Positions 61,821-64,000 of a stretch of DNA of 64,000 nt are shown piece after piece. This stretch comes from Glaucostegus cemiculus (Eukaryota). The translations under genes and the position numbers were made by a program. The notes below the pieces were generated by a model that was not told where the DNA came from, did no database searches, and saw nothing but the letters and a program-made list of their open reading frames with translations. The stretch spans positions 3,162,001 to 3,226,000 of the forward strand of contig CDPCPM010000196.1 of assembly GCA_976551045.1 (NCBI GenBank), written 5' to 3'. Positions within the stretch are counted from its first letter, which is position 1. The number at the start of each line of letters is the position of its first letter.

Positions 61821-63719
61821 TGTTTTGTAAAAATGCAGCTATTACATTTTATGCCACGGCATATGAAGGCACACAGACCATGCGCCTTCTTCATTAGTCT
61901 GTATAGCCATATTCCGTTTGCCTAGCCTTTTGGAATCTGTCGAATTCACGCCGAAGAAACCCCGTTATCAACATTGCTGAGCGGCCGGCCATTCATTCCA
62001 TCTGTCCCACAACAGGTTGCACTCAAAAGTTCATCATTTCACACCAGTCGGGGCAGATGCCACTTGCCACCTTTGAGTTTAACTTGCCATCTGCTTTATA
62101 GTCTGCCAAGCATCCTCGTTATTCACCATATCACCAACGTTCCGGCCACTGACAAACTTACTGATCACACCCAATGAATTTACTTAAAATTTACATCACA
62201 AACAACAAGGATTCCATCGCTGCAGTACAACACTCGTCCTAGAATTCCCATAAATATATTCAGCCCTGCATTCGGACGCCTGTCTACCTCTCATCAAAAT
62301 GAAGAATTTCGCCTTGTGAATTAGCTTTCTGAAGCAGCCTATTGTGCAGAAACTGAATAAATACCTTTTGTAAGTCCATGTGGAAAGCGTTTTCCACTCT
62401 GCTTTCATCAATCGTCTTAGAAACCTAAAAAAGGAAGCTAAACAGTAATTAAGATTCTTTATTTACCCGAGTCCGTGCTTTCTATCTCTGATCAGCCTCT
62501 TACATCGCAAATGAAAATAAACCTACCCCGCAGAATTTCCTACAATCCATTCCCACCACTGACCTAAGTCTTGACGGTCTTTTGTCACTGCTTATCCCTT
62601 CAGCCCTTCCTAAAAGAGGAACGACATATTTTTAGGTTCCATTCTCCTTTCTCCTCAAGCTTGACGAAGGATTTTTTTTTGTAATAGGGATTGTGATTTA
62701 GTAAACGTCTCTTTCTTATGCAATCCAGGGAAGTCGGATCTGATCTGCTTCGGAAAGAATGGGTTGTTCAGGATTCTGATGGATAAGTTCAAAATGAGGA
62801 AGAATATAGATATATTTAAAGAAACAAAACAATGAAATGTGAAATTCGAAACAAGCTGCTGGGATTCTCAACTGCTTAGGTAACATTCGTGCTGGGACAA
62901 ACAGATATGTGAGTGTTCAGCTCAGCCAACAATTCTCGGAACCGGAAAATACTACTTTCACCGGACAGGGGAGGTTGGAAAAAAAACAAAGGAAATGTCT
63001 GTGATCGGACGGGTACCAGGTTATCAGATTTTAGGTGGAATTTCAGCTGCAAATCAAATGACAGCTACACTCGAATGCAACTGCAACGACTAAAAGAAGC
63101 AGTGATTAAACACATTGAACACGTTCAATTGCTTTTGACATTGCGAAAACAAAACGGCTGGGGTTTTTTTGTGCATGCTTATAGCTCCATCGTCCATGCC
63201 TTTGAATATTGGAATGGCCTGCTGCCCAGGGAACAGTTTTGGTATCTAAGATGGCCGACATTTAACACTGAGCATGTTTTATGAACTATATCACTGCATG
63301 TGCATGTTGCATCTGCTGCGTAAGAATGGATCCTTGCGGTAATATGGGCAATATTTTGACCATGCGTTTCTCGCACATTATCACATAATTAAGATGCAGA
63401 CTATTCTGTGGCGATGGTAAAGATATTCGGATTGAAGCTAATTATACTTATTAATCAAGAGATTGTTGGAACTATTTCTTTTATATTTATCATACTTGAT
63501 TGCTTTTTTTAATGATTAAACCTGATTGTTACCTGATATCTCTGTAATACATGTGTAAATATTGTTGTTATATATATTAACCTGTATTGATTTGTTATCA
63601 ATAAAATGATTGAAAAAGAAAGAAAGAAGCTCGTTTGGAGTGATTGAAATGAACATGAATAATGTTTCTGTGAATACGTAGGCTCCTCCATTTGGTCGGG
63701 CGTGCCAGCTCTCACTTCA

Positions 63720-64000
63720 CAGAAAGAGAAAAAGCTGGATGTACTCAACGGGTCAAGAGCAACTGTGTGTCGACGTTTCGGGCCTATTTCCTGCATCAAG
63801 ACTGAGAGGTATAAGGAAAGTAGTATTTAGGGGTTTGGTTAGGGACAAGGACTGACATGTGACTGATGGAGGCAGATGGTGAATGTCGTGATGGTCAGAT
63901 GGAACGGGGTTTGCAAGGGATGGGACAGATACTGGCATGTGAAAGGTGGAACCAGGTTGTGAGGAGATAATGGGCAAAATTAACCGGTTAGGAGAAAATA
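63720..64000 (-). repeat. Penelope-like terminal repeat
   Basis: aagctggatgtactcaacgggtcaagagc...gtcgacgtttcgggcc...ctgcatcaagactg, the same family as 35090-35190. Confidence 0.55.

Overview
Eukaryotic, AT-rich, repeat-dense DNA, most likely from a cartilaginous fish (shark/ray). This is inferred from HE1/V-SINE, Penelope-like, CR1 and Rex1/Babar repeats and from the receptor family present. The window is a head-to-tail, all-plus-strand tandem array of at least 7 paralogous class A GPCR loci of the GPR139/GPR142-like orphan type, labelled A-G here. Each complete locus has a TATA promoter, a 70-nt coding exon 1 (23 codons plus 1 nt, ending ...G[V/I]P g|gtaag), a phase-1 intron and a ~0.9-kb exon 2. 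D (26243-29383) and E (36434-41356) look intact. B (4722-7632) has an open frame, but only through two compensating frameshifts. A, C, F and G are pseudogenes. The promoters share a conserved homeodomain-like / O/E(EBF)-like / TATA arrangement. Together with birth-and-death evolution, this suggests a lineage-specific, possibly chemosensory, receptor repertoire (hypothesis). Intergenic DNA holds an ERV env plus LTR remnant, a Gmr1-like Gypsy element, two solo LTRs (one inserted at a receptor start codon), nested LINEs, a V-SINE and two assembly gaps. All alignments were done by eye.
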